From positions 1-64,000 of IMG/VR virus record IMGVR_UViG_3300035180_001220: a DNA stretch of 64,000 nt, one strand, 5' to 3'. The position numbers and the translations under genes were made by a program. The notes beneath the pieces were generated by a model. It had not been told where the DNA came from and did not search any database. It saw nothing but the letters and a program-made list of their open reading frames with translations. Each line of letters begins with the position of its first letter. Position 1 is the stretch's first letter. Positions 28,697-36,390 of the stretch are shown here, one piece after another. The DNA is from a virus. Lineage: Duplodnaviria; Caudoviricetes.

Positions 28697-30556
28697 ATGC
28701 ACCTTCAGGATAATATAACGTTTGCGGTTGTAGTAAAGGATTTAGCGTGGCGGACTGAACTTACAGTCCGCTTTTGTGAGTACTTCAGCCAAAAATTCAA
28801 CATTGACTTCCTGGGAAAAATCATCTTCCCTGCAAGCATCGACGATGCTTTGGAAAAATGTGAGACCGATTACTTGATAGTTCAGTCGAGCGGTCACATT
28901 ATCTTTGACAGGTCATTCTTCACATTTATCGAAAAGATTGCCTTAGCGAATGAGGACATCGCTGTTGGCTACATTGAGCTTGCAGAAGATTACGCTATCC
29001 TCCGCCAAGACTGCATCTTCTTCAACATGAAGCTTTGGGAAGAGAGCGGAAAACCAGCATACGTAAGCATGCTAAGAGAGGGAGATAGATTTTCTATTGG
29101 AGACTTCAAGCTCGACAACAAGAAACCGTTCTTCATTACTTCAACAGAAACAGACAGGATTTATATCTCGCACGAAGCTTCTAACCAAGGAGCTGAGATT
29201 ATAGCAAAACAGCTTGCACAGTTTAAGGTTGCAAAATCCTTCTCTCAACTCCAGAATAAAGAAGCGCATCTTCTGGATACTGATACAGCGTACTCAGAAA
29301 TTCACAGTGAAACAATCTTCGAGAAGCTATACCTACGAGAAGCTTTCAAGCGCATTCACCTTACAGATAAAACTGAAGACATAGTTCATCTTGATGCTCA
29401 GCACATTTCAATGGTTGTCGCTCCGGCGAATGGAATTAAGACTCTTGCTATTGTAAATCATTTTAGAGCAGAGAATGTCATTGTCTATGACATCAATCCA
29501 ATATCACTTGATTTCCAGAAACTAGTGTTTGCTATCAGCAAGCCCACGCTAGTTGGAGAGCTAATAGATCAATTCAAGGCAACTCGGCCGTATGCAGTTT
29601 TTGCAGATGAGGACCTTGTTGATAGGGATGTTGTTCTTAAGCCATTGACAAGAAGCACGCGCATTCGCTATGAGGTAGTAGATGCATTTAGCTTTGAGAT
29701 GGAGAACCTTATAAAGTCATTCGATGATTCTCTTCCAACAGTATTTGACATAGCTGATATCTTTACTTATCCGTACAACTTCTACCGTAGACCTATGTTC
29801 CAGGTAGAAGGACTGTTCATTGAATTATTCTCCCTTATTAAGTCGCGTCGTGGTGCCTCGTTCATTATTGGTGTTGCACCAGGATATCAGAGCCTCAATG
29901 ATATTGAGATCAATACTTCGCGCGCACAGTATGAAGTCGATCCTACAATAGACCCATATGCTGTTGATGAATCTATTCCTGAAGAGGATAGAGTTCCCAT
30001 TGAGGTTGAGCCAATAATGTATTCCCCAAAAGCGACTGCACCTAGAGCTGAAGAAGAACCTAGTTCTGGTTGGGTGTCTGCCCTACGCAAGTCGCTTAAA
30101 ATGCCTAAGCGACAGATAGTTGAAATCGTAAAGGAAGTTATTGTTGAGAAGGTGGTTGAGAAGGAAGTTATTGTTGAGAAGGTGGTTGAAAAACCAGTCT
30201 ACATTGATCGTCCAACAAACGCGAGACCTTCACTACCAACCGTAAAAACAGCTATCCCAGTAACAGCCGAAGCATCTTCTATTCCAATCGATTTGGCTGT
30301 ATCAGATGGATTCGCCAAGCAGAAGAACAGTGAACAGACTATCATCCTCACTAAGAACGTAAAGTATGATGAACTCGACGCTATCTTTGAGTATCACATT
30401 AACCTCGAGACAAAGGCCTGGAGCTTCAAGGTAGGTAAGGTTGGAGTTGATAAGAGAATAGAATTTTCAAATGGTCTGTCAGATGATGGACTGCTTAAGC
30501 ACCTTCAGCAGCAAGTTAAGATCAACCCCAAAACAGCAGCTAGGTATTTTCAATAA
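28697..30556 (+). CDS. large hypothetical protein; C-terminal domain paralogous to the next gene
   Basis: 619 aa; KEVIVEKVVE duplication; late promoter inside an RBS hairpin. Confidence 0.75.
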   Translation: MHLQDNITFAVVVKDLAWRTELTVRFCEYFSQKFNIDFLGKIIFPASIDDALEKCETDYLIVQSSGHIIFDRSFFTFIEKIALANEDIAVGYIELAEDYAILRQDCIFFNMKLWEESGKPAYVSMLREGDRFSIGDFKLDNKKPFFITSTETDRIYISHEASNQGAEIIAKQLAQFKVAKSFSQLQNKEAHLLDTDTAYSEIHSETIFEKLYLREAFKRIHLTDKTEDIVHLDAQHISMVVAPANGIKTLAIVNHFRAENVIVYDINPISLDFQKLVFAISKPTLVGELIDQFKATRPYAVFADEDLVDRDVVLKPLTRSTRIRYEVVDAFSFEMENLIKSFDDSLPTVFDIADIFTYPYNFYRRPMFQVEGLFIELFSLIKSRRGASFIIGVAPGYQSLNDIEINTSRAQYEVDPTIDPYAVDESIPEEDRVPIEVEPIMYSPKATAPRAEEEPSSGWVSALRKSLKMPKRQIVEIVKEVIVEKVVEKEVIVEKVVEKPVYIDRPTNARPSLPTVKTAIPVTAEASSIPIDLAVSDGFAKQKNSEQTIILTKNVKYDELDAIFEYHINLETKAWSFKVGKVGVDKRIEFSNGLSDDGLLKHLQQQVKINPKTAARYFQ

Positions 30557-30576
30557 ATAGCTTGAAAGGAATATCT

Positions 30577-30915
30577 ATGAAAGTCTATGAACTATTTGAG
30601 AACTTTGACGCCGAAGATGTGTATGACTACGCAGTGAAGCAGGGATACAGGAAACAGACTGGCACGAAGACTGTTGATGGAAAGAAGTTTCCGGTCATTG
30701 TATTGAAGAAGAATGCGGACTTTGAAGAGTTCGTACTTCAGTTTAAGTACATCATCAATCCAGAGACACAAGCTTGGACTTTCGTGGTTAGCAGGGGAGA
30801 TGAAGATGGAATTGAAATGGCCTCTGGAGAAGATGCTGAGACGCTCATCACTCACTTGAAGAAAAAGAAGAAGGTCTCAGCCCACAACCTTCAAAAATAT
30901 TTCACGCAAGACTAA
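30577..30915 (+). CDS. hypothetical protein with MKVYELFE leader
   Basis: Late promoter ATAAATA upstream; SD aagga. Confidence 0.7.
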   Translation: MKVYELFENFDAEDVYDYAVKQGYRKQTGTKTVDGKKFPVIVLKKNADFEEFVLQFKYIINPETQAWTFVVSRGDEDGIEMASGEDAETLITHLKKKKKVSAHNLQKYFTQD

Positions 30916-30923
30916 AAGAAGTG

Positions 30924-31119
30924 TGTACATTCCTCCAGACCGTGGTATAATTACTCTATCAGCAGATTAAATGCTGTTGATAATCTAAAAGATTTGGAAA
31001 ATATTTCAGCAGACTGTTTACTTTGTCTGAGACTTAGGTTATAATTGCTTTTCAACAAAAATTCTTTTGTTGAAAACAATTTTGCAGGATGTCAGAAATT
31101 TTTTGGCATCCTATAAATA
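30924..31119 (+). promoter_or_regulatory. two sigma70-like promoters and a late promoter upstream of leader 2
   Basis: tgtacatt..N..tataat, tttacttt..N..tataat, TATAAATA at 31112. Confidence 0.65.
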
Positions 31120-31166
31120 AATTCATGCAGCAATGTTGCTGCGACAGTAAAGGAAAAGAGATTATT

Positions 31167-31295
31167 ATGTTTAGCACTTCTTTTAATATGACGAACATGT
31201 TTTGGCAGCAATGTCAAGATGCAGTCGTGCGTATTGAACGCAGTGAGCATGATAAAAGACTTTCAGCCCTTAGTGATGGAGCCGGATTAGCCTAA
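31167..31295 (+). CDS. leader peptide 2 (42 aa, MFSTSFNMTNMFWQQCQDAVVRIERSEHDKRLSALSDGAGLA) of tRNA array 2 attenuator
   Basis: SD-like aagga/gaga; last codons overlap the antiterminator; codons match the array-2 anticodons. Confidence 0.75.
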   Translation: MFSTSFNMTNMFWQQCQDAVVRIERSEHDKRLSALSDGAGLA

Positions 31296-31345
31296 AGGTC
31301 AATCCTACTTAACACACTAAGGGTACTGGAAAGGTACCCTTTTTT
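31267..31345 (+). terminator. attenuator 2: antiterminator (cccttagtg 31267-31275 / cactaaggg 31315-31323) exclusive with terminator (aagggtact-ggaaa-ggtaccctt-ttt)
   Basis: Overlapping hairpins share aaggg; U-tract follows. Confidence 0.8.
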
Positions 31346-31622
31346 ATTACTCCGGAAACTGTGAAGTTTTCGATCCTTGGTTTAGGAACTACCAAGTTAA
31401 AAAAGTCTGGACCGCTAAGAATCAGTCGAGTATCCTTCAGACTGCCGAGTGCGACAAAGGAAAATAAATTTGGTGAATGAAGTCTTCTTTTGAAGACTTC
31501 ATTCTTAAGGATTTCGTTCAAGTGGCGCTTGATTAAATTAGGTTGTGGAACCTAAGCGGAAATCCTTAAGAATGAACGAATTTAAACACCATAAATAACT
31601 CCACTAAGATGGAGTTATTAGA

Positions 31623-32249
31623 ATGGAATTATTCGAGCTGTTTAAGAGATTACCAGAAGATTATGCACATAGAACTGTAGCTGGACCTGATGATAGACCA
31701 CACAATAAACCCAAATTTGATCCTAGATATTCAAAAATTGTTGGAACATTTGACAATAAAGATGTCTGGGGGTCAAAGGAAATAAAGGGTTATGATATAT
31801 TTGGTTTTAGAGATGGTGAAAAAACGATTGCATATGTTATCTTAGATGAAAGGGAAGTTAAACCAAATACACAGGAATTTAAGGAACTCTGGACTGATTC
31901 CAATTATAGAAGAAAAGGTTTAGCATCAGGATTAATTTTATTTTTAACAACTAAATGTAAGACTAATTTGCTGCTAAGTCCAGTTGAACTAGTTAGCGAT
32001 GATGCTAGAGATATTTTTAAAGTATTGGGTAAATCTGGTAAGATAAAGATAGAAGATCAGGATGGCAAATTAGATACATTTGATGAAATTTTATCAGCTA
32101 AAATGAAAACTGATTATTCTTTGTTGATACGAGAAGATGTTATTCAGAAGAAGGTATTTGGCTCAAAGATGTTTTTAGAAAATAACCAATCAACACTGGC
32201 TGAACCCTATTCAATAGGGGTTATGCAAGATTGGTCTGAGTTTGAGTGA
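31623..32249 (+). CDS. GNAT-like protein with MELFEL leader
   Basis: ELWTDSNYRRKGLASGLI. Confidence 0.7.
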   Translation: MELFELFKRLPEDYAHRTVAGPDDRPHNKPKFDPRYSKIVGTFDNKDVWGSKEIKGYDIFGFRDGEKTIAYVILDEREVKPNTQEFKELWTDSNYRRKGLASGLILFLTTKCKTNLLLSPVELVSDDARDIFKVLGKSGKIKIEDQDGKLDTFDEILSAKMKTDYSLLIREDVIQKKVFGSKMFLENNQSTLAEPYSIGVMQDWSEFE

Positions 32250-32254
32250 ATTAT

Positions 32255-32328
32255 ATAGGTGTAGTTCCAATTGGTAGAACGGTGAACTCCAAATCCACAT
32301 GTTGCAGGTTCGAATCCTGCCACCTATG
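32255..32328 (+). tRNA. tRNA-Trp(CCA)
   Basis: CT-CCA-AA loop; CCA end not encoded. Confidence 0.8.
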
Positions 32329-32451
32329 CATTCGACATTTTGGCACATGCTGGGTAACCGATGGGGTTAAACCTACCAAAATAAAGAAAAGAAATTTAGG
32401 TGAGTATCTGACTAAAGGATATTCACTTGGCAGAAAATGAGAGTTTAGAGG

Positions 32452-32526
32452 GGTGACCTTAGTGTAGCGGTAGCACAAGAGATTGTGATTCTCTTAGTAT
32501 GGGTTCAACTCTCCATAGGTCACCCC
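32452..32526 (+). tRNA. tRNA-His(GTG)
   Basis: agaga-TTGTGAT-tctct; G-1:C73. Confidence 0.85.
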
Positions 32527-32539
32527 TGTAAACTCTTAT

Positions 32540-32615
32540 GTCCCATTCGTCTAGTGGCCAAGGACGCTGCCCCCTCAAGGCGGAGACTGCAGTTCGAATC
32601 TGCAACGGGACTCCA
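32540..32615 (+). tRNA. tRNA-Glu(CTC)
   Basis: ctgcc-CCCTCAA-ggcgg; TCCA. Confidence 0.82.
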
Positions 32616-32622
32616 AGTTATT

Positions 32623-32698
32623 GCTCGCGAAGTATTAGTTGGTGGTATGCAACCTTCGTAACATTGAGGATTCGGTTCGAGGCCGGACGCGAGCTCCA
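32623..32698 (+). tRNA. tRNA-Thr(CGT)
   Basis: TT-CGT-AA loop; gctcgcg acceptor; TCCA. Confidence 0.7.
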
Positions 32699-32704
32699 TT
32701 TTAT

Positions 32705-32777
32705 ATCCTGTAAGACTAGAAGCTGGTCGTTTGGCTTTCACCCAAGAGGAACGGGGCAGTACCCGTACAGGATACCA
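32705..32777 (+). tRNA. tRNA-Glu(TTC)
   Basis: ttgg-CTTTCAC-ccaa; atypical T loop; ACCA. Confidence 0.75.
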
Positions 32778-32783
32778 ATTTAT

Positions 32784-32859
32784 GTGCGTGTGATCTGAAA
32801 GGCTAGGAACGAGATTGCAACCCTCGATTATGCAGGTTCGACTCCTGTCACGCACTCCA
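32784..32859 (+). tRNA. tRNA-Cys(GCA)
   Basis: TT-GCA-AC loop; TCCA. Confidence 0.85.
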
Positions 32860-32867
32860 AAGTTAAT

Positions 32868-32931
32868 GACAACCGGTTTTACATAGGGTTATCCTTTTAA
32901 GATTTTCCCCCTTAGTATATTTTTCGTTGTC
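32868..32931 (+). ncRNA. minimal Y-RNA-like module
   Basis: gacAAC-CGG...gGGTTATC...pyrimidine tract-GTTgtc. Confidence 0.55.
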
Positions 32932-32934
32932 TTT

Positions 32935-33010
32935 GCCGATGTGGGACAGGGGTTGTCCAGCTGATTGTCTATCAGCCTTTATGACGGTTCGAGTCCGTTC
33001 GCCGGCGCCA
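32935..33010 (+). tRNA. tRNA-Asp(GTC)
   Basis: gctga-TTGTCTA-tcagc; GCCA. Confidence 0.75.
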
Positions 33011-33016
33011 ATTCAT

Positions 33017-33092
33017 GGTTCATTAGCTCAATTGGGAGAGCGCGACACTGTCACTGTCGAGGTAACCGGATCGAAACCGGTATGGGCCGCCA
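33017..33092 (+). tRNA. tRNA-Asp(GTC)
   Basis: cgaca-CTGTCAC-tgtcg; GCCA. Confidence 0.88.
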
Positions 33093-33097
33093 AATTT

Positions 33098-33172
33098 GTT
33101 CCGTGACGCAGCTAGTGTGGCGACTTGGCCTTCACCCAAGTGAGATGGGAGCAAAACCCATACGGAACTCCA
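33098..33172 (+). tRNA. tRNA-Glu(TTC)
   Basis: cttgg-CCTTCAC-ccaag; atypical T loop; TCCA. Confidence 0.72.
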
Positions 33173-33323
33173 TAGGACATCAGGCTTAGTTTTACTAAGA
33201 GAGGTTGGACTAAGGAAGCATCAGAAATTTTAAATGTAGGTCCAGCAGTAGTTAGAAGATGGATGCGAAGAGAAATACCTGAATTTTATGAAAGGTATTG
33301 TTCATTCGGTTCAAAAAGAATAT

Positions 33324-33398
33324 GGGTCTGAAACTTTGATGGTGAAGCTTTGCCTCTTAAGCAACTGGAATCCAGTTCGAATCTGGACAGACCCACCA
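33324..33398 (+). tRNA. tRNA-Lys(CTT)
   Basis: ttgc-CTCTTAA-gcaa; ACCA. Confidence 0.82.
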
Positions 33399-33404
33399 AA
33401 TTAT

Positions 33405-33480
33405 TGGCCAGTAGCTCAGTTGGTAGAGCGCAACGCTGTTAACGTTGATGTCATAGGTTCGATGCCTGTCTGGTCAGCCA
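33405..33480 (+). tRNA. tRNA-Asn(GTT)
   Basis: caacg-CTGTTAA-cgttg; GCCA. Confidence 0.92.
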
Positions 33481-33569
33481 AATTATCCTTGTGTTAAGTG
33501 GAGCCGCTCAGGTCCTCAGCCAATACGAAGCAATGTACTCTGCGATAAAGTACCTCAAGGGCCAAATAT

Positions 33570-33645
33570 TCCATTTTAGTATTCTCGGCGAGTACCCTCG
33601 GCTGTTAACCGAAAGAGGCTAGTTCGAATCCAGCAAATGGAGCCA
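33570..33645 (+). tRNA. tRNA-Asn(GTT)
   Basis: tcgg-CTGTTAA-ccga; GCCA. Confidence 0.8.
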
Positions 33646-33653
33646 AATTAAAT

Positions 33654-33728
33654 CCCTAGGGAGCATACTGGCCATGTAATCGGCTGATAACCGATAGACA
33701 GTGAGTTCGATTCTCACACTAGGGACCA
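33654..33728 (+). tRNA. tRNA-Ile(GAT)
   Basis: atcgg-CTGATAA-ccgat; ACCA. Confidence 0.78.
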
Positions 33729-33730
33729 AT

Positions 33731-33805
33731 CGTGATGTAGCATTGAGGTAATGCACCGGTCTCATACGCCGTCCCAAGTGAGTTCGATTCTCACCATCAC
33801 AACCA
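33731..33805 (+). tRNA. tRNA-Met(CAT), initiator-like
   Basis: CT-CAT-AC loop; C1:A72 mismatch; ACCA. Confidence 0.78.
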
Positions 33806-33812
33806 AAATATT

Positions 33813-33888
33813 GCTGCTTAAGCTAATCAAGTGAAAGCGTGACCCTGAAAAGGTTGAGAGACTGGCGCGATACCAGTAGGCAGCACCA
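33813..33888 (+). tRNA. tRNA-Phe(GAA)
   Basis: CT-GAA-AA loop; ACCA. Confidence 0.8.
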
Positions 33889-33897
33889 AAGATTATA

Positions 33898-33972
33898 TGC
33901 GGGATGAATCATAAAGTACGATACCTGGCTTTGAACCAGAGTAACAAGGGGCAGTACCTTGATCCCGTTCCA
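33898..33972 (+). tRNA. tRNA-Gln(TTG)
   Basis: ctgg-CTTTGAA-ccag; CCA. Confidence 0.72.
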
Positions 33973-33979
33973 ATTTATA

Positions 33980-34055
33980 TACCGGATTGGAGTAATTGGA
34001 AACTCAACAGACTCTGACTCTGTAGTTCAAGGTTCGAGTCCTTGGTCCGGTGCCA
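33980..34055 (+). tRNA. tRNA-Gln(CTG)
   Basis: acaga-CTCTGAC-tctgt; CCA. Confidence 0.88.
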
Positions 34056-34060
34056 AATTT

Positions 34061-34135
34061 TTCTGAACCGGCAGCCAAATAGGTTATCCAAACTTCTAAT
34101 TTGACATCACCCTATTAGCATTCATTTGTTCAGAA
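34061..34135 (+). ncRNA. minimal Y-RNA-like module
   Basis: ttctgAAC-CGG..aataGGTTATC...cctatt..ttcattt-GTTcagaa. Confidence 0.6.
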
Positions 34136-34145
34136 TAAAAAATAC

Positions 34146-34214
34146 TTCTCCATGTTGACATGGAAATCATACTAGCCTGCGAAGCTGGAGGTTCAATTCC
34201 TGATGGAGAAACCA
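34146..34214 (+). tRNA. tRNA-Arg(GCG), shortened V/T region (possibly pseudogene)
   Basis: ctagc-CTGCGAA-gctgg; ACCA. Confidence 0.55.
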
Positions 34215-34222
34215 AAAAATTT

Positions 34223-34299
34223 CTGGCATTAGCATAACTGGAGAATGTACGTGTCTTCTAAATACGTTAATGTAGGTTCGACTCCTACATGTCGGGCCA
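34223..34299 (+). tRNA. tRNA-Arg(TCT)
   Basis: cgtgt-CTTCTAA-atacg; GCCA. Confidence 0.85.
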
Positions 34300-34306
34300 A
34301 ATATAT

Positions 34307-34379
34307 GCGTCCTTAGTTCAATGGTAGAGCACTGCTTTGACTCGGCGGCAATGTAGATTCGATTTCTACAGGACGTACC
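34307..34379 (+). tRNA. tRNA-Val(GAC)
   Basis: ctgct-TTGACTC-ggcgg; gcgtcct/aggacgt acceptor. Confidence 0.7.
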
Positions 34380-34385
34380 GAATGT

Positions 34386-34472
34386 GGATAATGGTGCTGC
34401 TGGGCACGAGTTGGTTTGCTAAACCGACCTACTTCGAAAGAGGTAACGGTTCGAGTCCGTCTTCATCCTCCA
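34386..34472 (+). tRNA. tRNA-Ser(GCT)
   Basis: TT-GCT-AA loop, long V arm, TCCA. Confidence 0.72.
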
Positions 34473-34518
34473 GTTTTCAAATTGGGTACATCGGATATAA
34501 TCAAATAAAAGGAATATT

Positions 34519-35127
34519 ATGTCTGACTATCCAATGCTGCAAGAAATGCCCCAAGATATCGAATCGATTGACTGGCACAAGCTAAATGACTCTTCGGAAA
34601 ATGAAGAGCTGTATAGAAAACTGAATACAAGCAAATATAAAAAGCACATATTAACTGCCTTCGATAAAGCTGAAATTTTCCAGCAAGGCTCTCAATATTT
34701 TTGCTTAGACGCTAGAATGAAACAGATTACTTATTATATGAAGTATGAAGTGAAGAATAATGGAAAATTAGGAAGTTATGTCTGGCAATCATTAGTGTGG
34801 ACATACCCAGCAGCATCTTATATTTCTGGGGTTCCACAGAAAATGTTTTTTGAATATTTGCTTCCTAAATTTGGAACTATAATTGCTGATAGCCAGCAAA
34901 CATGGGATGGAAAAAGATTCTGGAGGCTGAGATTAGCAGAAGCATTTCAAAAAAAATTAAATGTTTATTTTTACGATTTTAGTAATCATGCTATTGAAAA
35001 GATAGATGACTATAAGCATTTTGAAGAATGCGATAAAAGAAGAGGAATCTGGGGTCCGTCAGATCTAAATCAGATGAAACGTATGGTGATCTCCAACAAA
35101 GATTTGTCACTTACAAAGGGTAGTTAA
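34519..35127 (+). CDS. hypothetical protein, distant member of the GNAT-like virion family
   Basis: LQEMP leader; IADSQQTWDGKRFW. Confidence 0.7.
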   Translation: MSDYPMLQEMPQDIESIDWHKLNDSSENEELYRKLNTSKYKKHILTAFDKAEIFQQGSQYFCLDARMKQITYYMKYEVKNNGKLGSYVWQSLVWTYPAASYISGVPQKMFFEYLLPKFGTIIADSQQTWDGKRFWRLRLAEAFQKKLNVYFYDFSNHAIEKIDDYKHFEECDKRRGIWGPSDLNQMKRMVISNKDLSLTKGS

Positions 35128-35206
35128 GCTGCACTGGGTGCGCAACTGTTTCGAAAGCAGATTGACTTAGCAATAGGTTGGGGTCCGATTCCTCAGCTAC
35201 CCGCCA
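35118..35206 (+). tRNA. tRNA-Ser(CGA)
   Basis: ctgt-TTCGAAA-gcag, long V arm, GCCA. Confidence 0.68.
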
Positions 35207-35213
35207 ATTTTAT

Positions 35214-35290
35214 GCCTTGATAGTTTACTAGTTAGAACATCCTCTGTACAAGTGGAAGAAAGTGGAGCGTAACCGCGGCGAGGTGGCAGC
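35214..35290 (+). pseudogene. degenerate tRNA
   Basis: gccttga-tagtt..agaac 5' half; 3' half decayed. Confidence 0.4.
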
Positions 35291-35352
35291 TACTCGAAAT
35301 CTGCAGCATCAAAGGCGAGCCTTTAAATTTAGGATGCTGCTCTAAGAAATTT

Positions 35353-35426
35353 GCTCTCATAGTCTAATGGTAGAATGCAACTTTGGTAAGGTTGAGATGG
35401 AAGTTCAATCCTCGCAGAGAGCACCA
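35353..35426 (+). tRNA. tRNA-Thr(GGT), degenerate T arm
   Basis: caact-TTGGTAA-ggttg; ACCA. Confidence 0.65.
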
Positions 35427-35599
35427 ACAATTTTAGAAGCAGCTGGTAGAACAGCAACTGGTAGTCAGGACGTACATCGGTGTATAGGCAAATATCGGAC
35501 GGACGACGTGGGCCGAATATTACCGAATGACCCTTTGACGGTCTTACAAGTTAGTGCAGCGTATCGAACCTGTAAATCTAACCTTCTAATCACATTTAT

Positions 35600-35674
35600 G
35601 GAGTCGTCGCCTAGAGGCTTGGCACGTGGCTTTTAACCACGCATACGTGGGTTCGAATCCCACCGGCTCTACCA
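35600..35674 (+). tRNA. tRNA-Lys(TTT)
   Basis: cgtgg-CTTTTAA-ccacg; ACCA. Confidence 0.88.
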
Positions 35675-35682
35675 AATCTTAT

Positions 35683-35810
35683 GCCGATGTAGTGTAATGG
35701 TAGCACACGCAAAACATCGTTTTTACCCTTTGTTCAGAAATGAACCGTTCAAAAATGGTTATCATCATTATCAGATCGGGGAGTTGGTTCGAATCCAACC
35801 AATCGGCACC
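35683..35810 (+). ncRNA. tRNA-bodied (circularly permuted) Y-RNA-like molecule B
   Basis: Same D arm as 8731 (gatgtagtgtaatggtagcac), aaaacatcg...GTTc-loop-gAACCG..GGTTATC, T arm, gccgat/atcggc acceptor. Confidence 0.65.
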
Positions 35811-35820
35811 GCAAATTTAT

Positions 35821-35895
35821 GCCTCCTTTGTTCAACGGACAGAATAAAAGTCTTCGAAGCTTTAGATGCGGGTTTGATTCCTGCAGTGGGCGCCA
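35821..35895 (+). tRNA. tRNA-Arg(TCG)
   Basis: aaagt-CTTCGAA-gcttt; GCCA. Confidence 0.75.
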
Positions 35896-35925
35896 AGTAT
35901 AAATAGATCTTTACAAGGATCTGAA

Positions 35926-36390
35926 ATGAAGTTGTTTGAAATTGCAAAACAGAAACCGATGTTCACCATGGTTATTGGTGGTGCAGGTTCTGGCAAGAAC
36001 TACTTCATAGAGAACAATCCAAAACTTAAGCGCACTAAGTGCATCGATGTAGACGAGATTAAGAAACATGTCTCATTAGATACAGCAATTAAGCAAGTAA
36101 AGATTGATCTAGAAGCTGCCTTCAAGAAAGGCGAAGACGTTGTTCACCCTACTACTGGCTCTAATCTAAAAGGTCAGCAGAACAAAATTGCATTAGCTAA
36201 AGAATATGGCTATGCTATCACACTTATCCTCAAAGACACTCCCCTAGAACAAGCTCTCAAGAATGTAAAGAAGAGAGCTGAAGGTGGTGGGCATGATGTG
36301 TTAGAGAAGGATATCGTTGCATCTAATGAGAAAGCTCGCGCTAACTACAAAGAGCTTTCACCATTGGCTGACACATCAAAGATTCTCTAA
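35926..36390 (+). CDS. P-loop kinase (zeta-toxin/AAA_33-like) with MKLFEI leader
   Basis: GGAGSGKN Walker A; DVDEI; RAEGGGHDV. Confidence 0.8.
   Translation: MKLFEIAKQKPMFTMVIGGAGSGKNYFIENNPKLKRTKCIDVDEIKKHVSLDTAIKQVKIDLEAAFKKGEDVVHPTTGSNLKGQQNKIALAKEYGYAITLILKDTPLEQALKNVKKRAEGGGHDVLEKDIVASNEKARANYKELSPLADTSKIL

Noticed and set aside
32520-33497. Short ORFs predicted across the tRNA arrays (also 5172-5767, 9029-9452, 35367-35906)
   Set aside because: They overlap clear tRNA genes.
33487-33564. Theta/HDV-like ribozyme after a tRNA
   Set aside because: Has a tcctc loop-like string, but I could not build P1.1/P2 or the catalytic C junction.
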